From Acidobacteriota bacterium (GTDB taxonomy: Bacteria > Acidobacteriota > UBA6911 > RPQK01 > JAJDTT01): a DNA stretch of 64,000 nucleotides. Under the pieces are notes generated by a model. The model saw only the letters and a program-made list of their open reading frames with translations, made no database searches and had not been told where the DNA came from. Below, piece after piece: positions 30,276 to 39,336 of the stretch; the first letter of the stretch is position 1; every line of letters starts with the position of its first letter. The stretch spans positions 5,440,001 through 5,504,000 of the forward strand of contig OZ253580.1 in NCBI GenBank assembly GCA_965263035.1, written 5' to 3'. The translations under genes were made by a program, and so were the position numbers.

Positions 30276-30428
30276 ACGCCTCACGACTCCATTCGCTCCC
30301 GTCCGGAAGGTTGAATTCAGTGGAGCGGGCCGCGAGTTTCAGCTGGCAGGCCGTCCGCGTCGCCGTCCAAACTGTTGGGAGCGAGATTCATCGATTTCCG
30401 GCAGTCCCCCTTGCCGTAGAATCAATCG

Positions 30429-31421
30429 ATGATTGGACCCTACACCCACCGGATCGATCCGATCCTCTTCGACGTCGCCGGAGTGCACCTCTGGTGGTAC
30501 GGGCTCGGCTTCGCTCTCGGGTTCTTGCATCTCCACTTCTCGATCCGCGGGGCGGGGCGACGTCTGGAGATGTCCGACCGGGAGGTTTGGAGCCTGAGCC
30601 TGTTCATCGTCATCGGGGTTCTGGCCGGGGGCCGCGTCATCGAGATCGCTTTCGATGAATGGCCTTTCTACAGCCGGCACCCAGGGCTGATCCCGGCCTT
30701 CTGGCTCGGGGGCATGGCCACCCATGGGGTCATGTTGGGTGCCGGACTCAGCCTGGTTCTCTTTGCCGGCCTGTACCGAAAGCCTTTCCTGCCGCTAGCC
30801 GACACGCTGGTCATTCCGGCGGCGTTTCTCATGGGGACCGCACGGATCGGGAATTTCATCGACGGCCAGATCCTCGGCACCGTTACCGATGCCTGGTGGG
30901 GGGTGAAGTTCCCCGACGCGGACGGATTTCGCCATCCGGTCGTGCTCTATGACGGAGCCAAGAATCTGCTGTTGATGGGGTACCTGTTCTGGGTCAGGCG
31001 GTCCAACAAGACACCCGGCGCCGTGGCGGCCCGCTTCGTCTTCTGGTACGCGCTACCTCGGTTCGTCATCGACATTTTCCGGGACTATCCGACCCACCGT
31101 CTTCCCATCGGGACGGGGCAGACCTTGAACATTCTGATGACCGTGCTCGGAGCGGTCCTGCTGTATCGATCTCGTCTGCGGCGGCAGGGACGTCTCCGGA
31201 GTGATCCGGCACCTGCTCCCCGGGCGGTGAGCGCCAAGTCTCCCTTGGCCTCCCAGCGGGTCGTCTTCGCCTGTCTGTTGCTGTTCTGCCTGACCATCCC
31301 CAGTAACTGGACTCAGGATGTGCCTGCCCGTTACGGCCAACGTCACCCGGGGCTGACCCACTCCCGGATGTATCCCGGAATCGATACCGATCCACCGCCG
31401 GAAACGGTGCGGCCGCAGTGA
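30429..31421 (+). CDS. lgt: Prolipoprotein diacylglyceryl transferase
   Basis: IDPI, WYG, GGR, GGMATHG, RIGNFIDG, RHP.VLYD. Confidence 0.9.
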   Translation: MIGPYTHRIDPILFDVAGVHLWWYGLGFALGFLHLHFSIRGAGRRLEMSDREVWSLSLFIVIGVLAGGRVIEIAFDEWPFYSRHPGLIPAFWLGGMATHGVMLGAGLSLVLFAGLYRKPFLPLADTLVIPAAFLMGTARIGNFIDGQILGTVTDAWWGVKFPDADGFRHPVVLYDGAKNLLLMGYLFWVRRSNKTPGAVAARFVFWYALPRFVIDIFRDYPTHRLPIGTGQTLNILMTVLGAVLLYRSRLRRQGRLRSDPAPAPRAVSAKSPLASQRVVFACLLLFCLTIPSNWTQDVPARYGQRHPGLTHSRMYPGIDTDPPPETVRPQ

Positions 31422-31586
31422 CCGCGAGTGACCCGTTCAACCTGGGAAAGCCGTCCGGATCACTGCACTCCCCAGTCTGGATCATTCCAAGAGAACCTTG
31501 TAAGTTTGAATCCCGGCGCGTCAATGGCGGCGCCGTACGATTCGGGTGGAAGCGAGCCGGTCTCGAGTCGGCGGATGGATCATCCT

Positions 31587-32261
31587 ATGAAGCTGCTGCT
31601 CACAACCGCCAGGAATCGGCTGACCCAACATCTGGCTCAAGCTCTGGCCACGCGGCACCGAGTCGTTCTCACCGACACTCTACCTGTCCGGAGCCGACAT
31701 CAGTTCGTTTCGTGCGACTTGAATCACGATGCCGAGACACGGCTGTTGGTCGAGGGAATGGACGCCATCATCTGGCCGGGCTGGACGGATCCTGCCGAGG
31801 ACGCCTCCTCGCGGCTGGACCGACAGACGCGCTGCCTGTACAACCTGCTCTGGGCGGCTTGGGAGGCCGGCGTTCCCCGTGTGGTCCAATTGAGCTCCCT
31901 CGCCGTCATGGATCAGCATCCCGCCGATCTGCGGGTCACCGAGAGATGGTTGCCCTGGCCGGCCGCGGAACCGCCGACCCTCACCTATCGCCTGGGAGAG
32001 ATCCTGTGCCGCGAGTTCGCCCGGGAGGGAAAGCTCCAGGTCGTCTGTCTCAGGCTGGGCTCGATCTTGTGGAGCCCCGAGCATTCCTCCTCCGACGGTG
32101 TCACCGTCCAGGACACTGTCGCGGCAGTCGGACGATCACTCACGGCAGATTTGCCTGCGTATTCGGTGTTCCACATCCAGTCCAACGTGTCCGGACAGCG
32201 CTACGGCACCGAACGGGCGCAACGGATTCTGGGATTCGAATCTTTCCGGAGGCGGGCGTGA
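31587..32261 (+). CDS. NAD-dependent epimerase/dehydratase family protein (degenerate Rossmann motif)
   Basis: YNLLWAA..AGVPRVVQLSS, VCLRLG; paralogous to the next gene. Confidence 0.75.
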   Translation: MKLLLTTARNRLTQHLAQALATRHRVVLTDTLPVRSRHQFVSCDLNHDAETRLLVEGMDAIIWPGWTDPAEDASSRLDRQTRCLYNLLWAAWEAGVPRVVQLSSLAVMDQHPADLRVTERWLPWPAAEPPTLTYRLGEILCREFAREGKLQVVCLRLGSILWSPEHSSSDGVTVQDTVAAVGRSLTADLPAYSVFHIQSNVSGQRYGTERAQRILGFESFRRRA

Positions 32262-32986
32262 AGGTCCTGATTCTGGGTGCCGCCGGATACCTGGGGCCCC
32301 ATGTGGTCCGGGCGTTGGAGGATCGGCACGAACTGAGGCTGACCGACATCAAGGAGTCCGGCGACGGGGGGCACGAGTACCGGCACGTCGACGTCGCCGA
32401 CCTGGAGCAGGTGCTGGATGCCGCGCAGGGGATGGACACCATCATCAACCTGTCCGTGCTGCGGCATGACCGGCGCCTGGCTTTCGACGTCAACACCCGA
32501 GGCGCCTACAATGCGTTGGTGGCGGCCTGCAGGCACGGGATGCAAAGGTTCATCCAGACCGGTCCCTTCTATGCAATTACGGGACCCGCCACCTGTGAAC
32601 CCTATGACTTCGCCATGCATCCCGACGTCACGCCTCGGCCGGGAACCCATCTGTATGCCCTGACCAAAGGACTGGCCGAGGAGGTCTGCCGGATCTTCAC
32701 TCGCAATCACGATCTCCATGTCACCTCCTTCCTCTTCTACCACTTCCGGGACACTCGGCCGCGTCCCGGCGACGAGCCCACGTTCGTCCCGTTCACCGTG
32801 ACTTGGCAGGATGCGGCGGCTCTGTTTCCCCTGGCCTTGGACATTCCGTTGGAGCGATTGCCGTCCCGCTACGAGGCCTATTTCGTAGCGGCCGATTTTC
32901 CCCACGGCCAGTTCTCCAATGAGAAGGTCAAACGAGTATTTGGTTGGCGGCCGACTTTTGGTTTCGAAAGCTTTTGGAAGCGTTGA
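32258..32986 (+). CDS. NAD-dependent epimerase/dehydratase family protein
   Basis: GAAGYLG, VNTRG.YN, YALTK catalytic motif; GTGA-coupled. Confidence 0.88.
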   Translation: MKVLILGAAGYLGPHVVRALEDRHELRLTDIKESGDGGHEYRHVDVADLEQVLDAAQGMDTIINLSVLRHDRRLAFDVNTRGAYNALVAACRHGMQRFIQTGPFYAITGPATCEPYDFAMHPDVTPRPGTHLYALTKGLAEEVCRIFTRNHDLHVTSFLFYHFRDTRPRPGDEPTFVPFTVTWQDAAALFPLALDIPLERLPSRYEAYFVAADFPHGQFSNEKVKRVFGWRPTFGFESFWKR

Positions 32987-33068
32987 CGTTCCCATACGAT
33001 GGAGGCTGGGAGGGAACATTGATGACGTGTCAGGACAGCCGGGCAGCTTCCGGACGGAGGGCATCTCC

Positions 33069-33854
33069 GTGACAGGCGAATTGCGTTCGGGACGACTTGC
33101 GGGGAAGCGGACGCTGGTCACCGGAGCCGCAGCCGGCCTCGGCAAGGCCATCGCCCACCGTTTCGCCGAGGAGGGGGCGCGGGTCGTCGTCGTCGATATC
33201 CGGGAGCAGGCTTCACACCAGGTCGTCGAATCGATTCGCCAACAGGGCGGGGAAGCTCATGCCGTGGTGGGTGACGTGGGATCATCGAGCCAGGTGGAGC
33301 GCATCGTCTCCGCGACCCACTCACTGCTGGAGGGCATCGACATCCTGGTCAACAACGCCGGAGTCATCCCTTCTCGCGAAACCGTGGTCGACACCCGGGA
33401 AGAAGATTGGGACAAGACCCTCCGCGTCAATGCCAAAGGCGTTTTTCTCATGAGCCGGGCCGTCATTCCGGGGATGATCCGGCAGGGTGGAGGCGCCATC
33501 GTCAACATGTCGTCGGTGGCAGGATTGGTCGGTCTTCCGATTCGACCGGCGTACGGAGCCTCGAAAGGAGCCGTATCCATCCTGACCCGGCAAATGGCCG
33601 TGGATTTCGGCAAGCACAACGTCCGGGTCAATGCCATCAATCCCTCCTTCGTGATCACCGACCTCAACCGGGAGATGTTTCGGCGTCTCAAGGAGGACGC
33701 GGCCGCGTGGACGGAAATGATTCAGCAGCACCCTCTGGGACGTCTGGGTGAACCGGGAGACGTGGCCGATGCCGCCGTCTACCTGGCTTCAGACGAGGCA
33801 CGTTGGGTCACGGGAGTCCTGCTCCCAGTGGACGGGGGATTCACCGCGCGCTGA
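33069..33854 (+). CDS. SDR family oxidoreductase
   Basis: TGAAAGLG, NNAG, YGASK, VDGG; GGAGG SD before GTG. Confidence 0.93.
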   Translation: MTGELRSGRLAGKRTLVTGAAAGLGKAIAHRFAEEGARVVVVDIREQASHQVVESIRQQGGEAHAVVGDVGSSSQVERIVSATHSLLEGIDILVNNAGVIPSRETVVDTREEDWDKTLRVNAKGVFLMSRAVIPGMIRQGGGAIVNMSSVAGLVGLPIRPAYGASKGAVSILTRQMAVDFGKHNVRVNAINPSFVITDLNREMFRRLKEDAAAWTEMIQQHPLGRLGEPGDVADAAVYLASDEARWVTGVLLPVDGGFTAR

Positions 33855-33859
33855 CCATA

Positions 33860-34021
33860 TCAGCCCGTGGCAAAAGTCGTCGCGGCATTCGACCGGGTCT
33901 GCATCGTGCGCGGACTGCGTTGCTCCTCGGTCACATACTCCCGGTATGCTCCCTCAGAGCGCCTGGTCCGGCGGGCGCAGCCCCGGTCTCGGTGCTACGC
34001 GGGACTTTCACCACGGACTGA
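33860..34021. repeat. ~162-bp palindromic repeat, copy 7
   Basis: TA-TCAGCCCGTGGCAAAAGTC ... GACTTTCACCACGGACTGA-TA. Confidence 0.92.
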
Positions 34022-34078
34022 TAACCATTCAGGCGCTAGGAGTCTGCGCGGCAGGCTCCTCGGCCAGGAGAAACACGA

Positions 34079-35104
34079 ATGCAAGTCGTCGATGTCGAAA
34101 CCAAGCTGGAGACTTACCGGCGTGCCTGCCGGAGGGGCACCGATTGGATGTTGGACCGTTTCAATCCGGATGGATCCCTGGGAAACGTGACGGAACGAAA
34201 CTACTACTATCGCGTCCCCTGGGCATTGGCCCTCATGGGTGAGACCGAGGCGGCTCACCGGTTGCTGGACTGGGTCGATCGCAACCGGATCACGCCCGAC
34301 GGCGCCCTGGACGAGAGTGCCACCGTCGCAGGGCCGCAGCGCCGCTACGGCTCGTACCCTTTGGCATGTCTGATCTACGGCGCCAGCCTCCTGGGCCGGT
34401 TGGATCTGGTGCGGCGTTGCGTCGGTAGTCTACTGACCTGGCAGGACCCGGAGACCGGCGGCTTCTGCGCCAATGCGGAAGAGGGCGTCGAAGGGGAACA
34501 GGAGCTGTTCCCCACGGCCCAAGCCGCCATGACTCTCTCCCTGGTGGGCCGGATTCCCGAGGCGGTCCAGGCCGGTCGCTGGCTCCAGCGCCTCTGGGAA
34601 CTGCAGCCCGATCATGAGCACTGTCTTTACGCCGTATACAGGCGTTCCCAAGGACTGGTGCGCGACTACGATCCCGAGGAGGCAGCGTTCTACGTGACTC
34701 TCAAGGACGAGCCCTGGCAACACCACTTCAACGGCGGGATCGCCGCTGCGGGGCTGCTGCACATCCACGAGGCCACGGGGGAGGACCGTTGGCTCCGGCT
34801 GGCTCGCGAATACGAACGATTCTCCATGAGCACGGAAGACATCCAGTTTCGGTCGAAGCAGGTGTGCAAGTCGGGCTGGGGTTCCGGCCTGTTGTACGTC
34901 GCGACGCGGGAGGAATCGTATCGGGCCTGGACCCTGCGCATGGGAGACTGGTTCGTGGAGCACCAGTTCGACGAGGGCCATTGGGAGAACACCAAATTCT
35001 GGACTCCCAGCCCGACGCTGGGTGACAAGATCGTGATCACGGCCGAATTCGTCATGCATCTGGCCAACATCATCGCCTACCTCTCGGTCAGTCCCGAGCC
35101 GTGA
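34079..35104 (+). CDS. Hypothetical protein, probable (alpha/alpha)6 toroid (prenyltransferase/glycosidase-like)
   Basis: AGGAG SD; repeats such as WMLDRFNPDGS, LLTWQDPETGGF, HQFDEGHW. Confidence 0.7.
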   Translation: MQVVDVETKLETYRRACRRGTDWMLDRFNPDGSLGNVTERNYYYRVPWALALMGETEAAHRLLDWVDRNRITPDGALDESATVAGPQRRYGSYPLACLIYGASLLGRLDLVRRCVGSLLTWQDPETGGFCANAEEGVEGEQELFPTAQAAMTLSLVGRIPEAVQAGRWLQRLWELQPDHEHCLYAVYRRSQGLVRDYDPEEAAFYVTLKDEPWQHHFNGGIAAAGLLHIHEATGEDRWLRLAREYERFSMSTEDIQFRSKQVCKSGWGSGLLYVATREESYRAWTLRMGDWFVEHQFDEGHWENTKFWTPSPTLGDKIVITAEFVMHLANIIAYLSVSPEP

Positions 35105-35558
35105 CGGCGATTTTGCCTGATCCTTCCCCGTCGTCACCGATTCCGAAACTGGAACCCGTAGAGATCCGGATCGCGTAGACGATGCTGGTGTAGAAATCGA
35201 CCACCGGGACCTGGGAGCCTGCGCGGCAGAAATTGATCTACTGCGAAAGCGGTAGAATCGGTCCATATTTCCCCGATTTCTCGGCGAATAGAACGACTAT
35301 GCACCTCAAAATCGAGAAAATCCGGCCTCGATTCCCCGCTTTCTCGCTACGATCATTCCTACCGCGCAGACTCCTCGGTTTTGGAGATGGGGCCGGGGTG
35401 GTGCCGGTCCAGCCGGTCGGTGGACAGCGAGAGGGCCGAATCATCGACGCCGGGAAACAGATCGAGGCGGTGAGACTCGCTGCGGGCGTTGGTCCGGTGT
35501 TGCCCGGGCCCCGGAGCGGTCCGTCTCACATAGGCGGCGTACTTGCCGAACTCGTGGA

Positions 35559-36521
35559 TCAGTTCGACGACGTGGCGCTCAGAATGCGCCAGCGGCCATT
35601 CACGTCACAGGCCTCGTAGAAGAGCCGAAAGCGGCCATCGTCCAAGTCGATGACACACGGCTCGGAGGCGTGCGTCTGGTCCCAGGGACCGCCGATGTCG
35701 AGACAGGGCTCGGGATCCTTGGCCCAGTGCAGTCCGTCGCGGGAGACAGCCGTAAAAATTCGTCCGTGCATGGGATCGTGGGTCCAGGCGGCGTAATACA
35801 TTCGATAAGTGCCGCCGGCCAGATGGATCACTTCCGGCGCATACACGGCATAATCCTCGAAACGGGTCTCCTGGGGAATGCGGACTCCCGGTTCCAGTTC
35901 GAAATGAAGTCCATCTTTCGAGGTGGCGCTCACGATGTGGTTCTGCGACCCCAGACCCGGCTGCAGAGGATGAGAGTAATGGTGGCAATAGATCCGGTAC
36001 CGGAGTCCGCCGTTCGAATCCCGGAAATAGAGGCATCGAGGCGATCCATAGGACCACCGGCCGTCGGCGACTCGAATCCCCGGCTCCGGTTCCCAGTCGA
36101 GTCCGTTTTCCGAGACGGCGCTCAGGACACTGGTGGGACCCGCCGCCGCCCTGGCTTCATAGTACATTCGATACCGTCCGTCCGGCAGCGGGATGACGTC
36201 CGGACAGAGCACCCTGCGGTTCGCGTGAGGAGAGTGGACATCCAATCGAATCCCCGGATCCTTGACCCAGACCTCGGCGTCATCGGACCTGGCGCTCAGA
36301 ATGTAACCCTCGGACTCGACTACGGGACGGCCGAGTCCAAGTCCCGTGTAGTACATGCGGTAGCTTCCATCCGGAAACCGAATCACATTGGGGGTGAGAA
36401 TCTTGGTGGAATCCAAAGGCGTGTCCCGATCCACGGCGATGTGCGCATCCTTTACCCAGTTGCGCCCTGGATCACGCTCCGCAAAATGCACCGAACGAAT
36501 GATCTCGGAGATTTGGACCAT
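35559..36521 (-). CDS. Five-bladed beta-propeller glycoside hydrolase-like protein
   Basis: Repeated P.VI.LPDG.YRMYY and SA.S.DGL.W..EPG units; start at ATG 36521. Confidence 0.8.
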   Translation of the reverse strand: MVQISEIIRSVHFAERDPGRNWVKDAHIAVDRDTPLDSTKILTPNVIRFPDGSYRMYYTGLGLGRPVVESEGYILSARSDDAEVWVKDPGIRLDVHSPHANRRVLCPDVIPLPDGRYRMYYEARAAAGPTSVLSAVSENGLDWEPEPGIRVADGRWSYGSPRCLYFRDSNGGLRYRIYCHHYSHPLQPGLGSQNHIVSATSKDGLHFELEPGVRIPQETRFEDYAVYAPEVIHLAGGTYRMYYAAWTHDPMHGRIFTAVSRDGLHWAKDPEPCLDIGGPWDQTHASEPCVIDLDDGRFRLFYEACDVNGRWRILSATSSN

Positions 36522-36531
36522 ATGTGCCCTT

Positions 36532-36693
36532 GCAGTCCGTGGTGAAAGTCCCACGCAGCACCGAGACCGGGGCTGCGCCCGCCGGACAAGGCGCTCTGAG
36601 GGAGCATACCGGGAGTATGTGACCGAGGAGCAACGCAGTCCGCGCACGATGCAGACCCGGTCGAATGCCGTGACGATTTTTGCCACGGGCTGT
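36532..36693. repeat. ~162-bp palindromic repeat, copy 8
   Basis: GCAGTCCGTGGTGAAAGTC ... GATTTTTGCCACGGGCTGT; near-identical to the reverse complement of copies 3 and 7. Confidence 0.92.
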
Positions 36694-36805
36694 TTGGGCA
36701 AGTCGTATTCGACGGCACGCCGCGGCGTTCGTCACGAACGGACTCTTGGAGGCTACTGAAGCGTGAGCCGTTCTTCAAGCCGATTGCCGGCCGTGGGCAA
36801 CGGCG

Positions 36806-38095
36806 CTACCCTTGCGCGTGACGCCGCAGCCAGAAACGCCATAACCCGGCGGGAACCAGCGTCAGGACACACATCCCCGCCAGGATTTCCGACACCTTCA
36901 ACGGCGAGTCCAGAGCCAGGCCTGTCGCTGTCACGCCGAAAGTGGACAGCAGCGTGAAGATGGCGAACTCGGTGGCGAAGACTCGTCCCCGTACTTTTCC
37001 CGGGACGGATTGGAGCAGAAGCTGAGTGGAAAAGACCCAGATGATTCCGCCACCGACGCCTGCCCCGAGGCTACCCAGGAGCACGGTCTCCAGGTTGACG
37101 AGGAGAGACGAGATCCCCAGGCCCAGAGCACTCAGGAGATAGCCCGCGAACAGGGCCAGACGGAGCCGTTCAGGCCGGTCCGCGGTCCAGACCCGGGCGG
37201 CGATGGGGCCGATACCCGTTCCCAGGCCGGCAGCGGAGAAGAGCAACCCCAGGCTGATTCCGCCGGCTTTGCCCAAGGGAAACAGACTACGGCCGATGAC
37301 CACCTTGACGACCTGATATCCCGAGGAGAAGACCAGCGCCGTGACCCCCTTGTGAAGGGCCGTGACCAGAATCAGCCGGTTGTTCCGGAGGTAGGCGAGA
37401 CCCTCCAGGTACTGCACGACGGCGGTCTCGAACAGCCCCCGGCCGGAGGCAGACGCGGTTTCGGGTACCTTCCGGTACTGCACCCCCAAAAGGATGACGG
37501 CGGATACGATGAAACTGAAGGCATCGATGATGAAGGCGGGATAGATGCCCCAAGTCCCGGCAACGAGCCCTCCCAACGCTGCCCCGAACGCGAGCATCAC
37601 CGACCAGGTGGTCGCGTTGACGGCGTTGGCCGTTCCCAGTTCCCGGGAAGAGACGATGTCGGGGAGGATGGCGTTGCGAGCCGGGAAGAAGAAACCACCC
37701 AAGGCCAGCTGGATTGCCGTCAGTGTGTACAGCAGCCAGACGTCCTGTGGCTCCCGGACCAGCAGGAAGCCGCACACGGTGACGGCACGAAACAGGTCGC
37801 TCAGGATCAGAACGTGCTTACGATTGCATCGGTCGGCGACGACGCCGGCCAATGGGCTAATGAGAAAAGGGGCGAGCATTCGTACCGCAAACAAGCTCCC
37901 TACGGCGAATCCGGAGCCGGTGAGCTGTGCCAGAAGGGCAGCCGAGGCGATCAGATTGAACCAGTCGCCCAGCAGGCTCGCGATCTGCCCGAACCATAGA
38001 TACCGGAAACTGCCGTTTCCCCGAACCAGCTCCCAATAGCCGCTCGCCGACGTGGAATTGTTCGGCTCGGTCCGAGTCTTCAATCGGGCCGGCAT
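36806..38095 (-). CDS. MFS transporter
   Basis: FRYLWFGQIASLLGDW, GVVADRCNRK motif A, RGRVF; multiple TM helices. Confidence 0.92.
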   Translation of the reverse strand: MPARLKTRTEPNNSTSASGYWELVRGNGSFRYLWFGQIASLLGDWFNLIASAALLAQLTGSGFAVGSLFAVRMLAPFLISPLAGVVADRCNRKHVLILSDLFRAVTVCGFLLVREPQDVWLLYTLTAIQLALGGFFFPARNAILPDIVSSRELGTANAVNATTWSVMLAFGAALGGLVAGTWGIYPAFIIDAFSFIVSAVILLGVQYRKVPETASASGRGLFETAVVQYLEGLAYLRNNRLILVTALHKGVTALVFSSGYQVVKVVIGRSLFPLGKAGGISLGLLFSAAGLGTGIGPIAARVWTADRPERLRLALFAGYLLSALGLGISSLLVNLETVLLGSLGAGVGGGIIWVFSTQLLLQSVPGKVRGRVFATEFAIFTLLSTFGVTATGLALDSPLKVSEILAGMCVLTLVPAGLWRFWLRRHAQG

Positions 38096-39306
38096 GGATC
38101 ACACTCGAACAATTCCCGACGGTCTCGTGCCAAACTCGCGCTAACGGAACGGGCGTCCTGTTCCGGAGGCCGGCTCCGGGTCCAACCCGCCCTGCGCATC
38201 TCATCCAGGATCCGTTCGGCGACATGGGCGTGCCCGGTGGGGCTGAAATGGCTGTCGGTGAGAAAGAAATCCTCGACCGGCATCGTACTGGCTTCGATGC
38301 TCCGCCGGACCGAGATCACGGTCGCTCCCAGACCCTCCAACACGCCTTCAACCCGGTTCGTTCCATATCGAGGATCCAATTCTTCAGGTTTCCCGCGCGA
38401 ATATTGGGACCAGAGTTTCGTCAGCGTCCATTTATAGGGGATAACCAAGCCGATGAGGGGGATCTCCCGCTGGTCGAGAAGCTTCTTCACGCGATTCAGA
38501 GTCTCTTCGGTATCTTCCCAGGCTCTCTGCAGCGGTGGAGACTGTCGTCCTTCGGGGAGAAGGGAAGCAAGAGCTCCGGTCACGGAGATTCCGGCCTGCC
38601 GCGCATGCTGCAGGAAATAGCGCTGAGTCGAGCGGGGTTCGCCGGGCCTTGTCTCCTGGATCCAGAGCGAGGCCCGAACCGCGCGTTCCTCCGCCAGTCC
38701 GAAGATCCGGAAACGGCCGCGCAATTCGGCTCTGACGGGATTCAGAAAAACCGGTTGCAGATCCGGAACGGTGGCGTTCAAGTAGGGACGGAAGAGGTCC
38801 TGCATGCTGCAGGTATGGGCAAGTTCAACGCTGTTGTTGCAGAGATCGTTGAACGGAAACACCTGGAGGACCACCACGTCCGGTCTCAGGTCCAGCCCGA
38901 GCGTCTGCAATGCGATCAATTGCTGGTTGGTGCCCCAGTCCCCGACGGCCAGGTTGATGACCTCCCAGGACTCGCCGTTCCGGCTGAGCCAGTCCGCGAG
39001 CCGTCCCGGGTACGTCTGTTCGTAGGCCACGTTTATCCCTGCCGAGAACGAATCTCCCAGGTTCACCAGCCGTCGAGTCCCCTCCGGCTTGATCCGGCTC
39101 ACCTGCGGGTAGCGGAAACCTCCGGAGTTGAGCCCGCCGACACGCCGGTGAACCGGGTCCAACCTCCAGCCCAGATCCGGGTCGAAGCGATACCAGGGAC
39201 TGGTGTTGGGATCATAGTCAGAGACCCGCAGTCCCAACTCGACGACCGTCATCACTAGCAGTGTGGACGCCAGACCCAACAGGAGCTTGATCATTGTGCT
39301 CTTCAT
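38080..39306 (-). CDS. SGNH/GDSL hydrolase family protein, membrane-anchored
   Basis: LGDSF, INLAVGDWG, FNDL, DSHFSPTGH. Confidence 0.88.
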   Translation of the reverse strand: MKSTMIKLLLGLASTLLVMTVVELGLRVSDYDPNTSPWYRFDPDLGWRLDPVHRRVGGLNSGGFRYPQVSRIKPEGTRRLVNLGDSFSAGINVAYEQTYPGRLADWLSRNGESWEVINLAVGDWGTNQQLIALQTLGLDLRPDVVVLQVFPFNDLCNNSVELAHTCSMQDLFRPYLNATVPDLQPVFLNPVRAELRGRFRIFGLAEERAVRASLWIQETRPGEPRSTQRYFLQHARQAGISVTGALASLLPEGRQSPPLQRAWEDTEETLNRVKKLLDQREIPLIGLVIPYKWTLTKLWSQYSRGKPEELDPRYGTNRVEGVLEGLGATVISVRRSIEASTMPVEDFFLTDSHFSPTGHAHVAERILDEMRRAGWTRSRPPEQDARSVSASLARDRRELFECDPCRPD

Positions 39307-39336
39307 CGGAACAGGTATCCCGAGCAGACCCGCCGA

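Noticed and set aside
31418-32257. 522-aa fused epimerase ORF
   Set aside because: The first 280 codons overlap the real upstream gene in another frame; the true start is GTG 32258.
631-36693. 162-bp repeats as a CRISPR array or integron attC cassettes
   Set aside because: They are dispersed, in both orientations, between core genes; no spacer periodicity, cas genes, integrase or GTTRRRY core sites.
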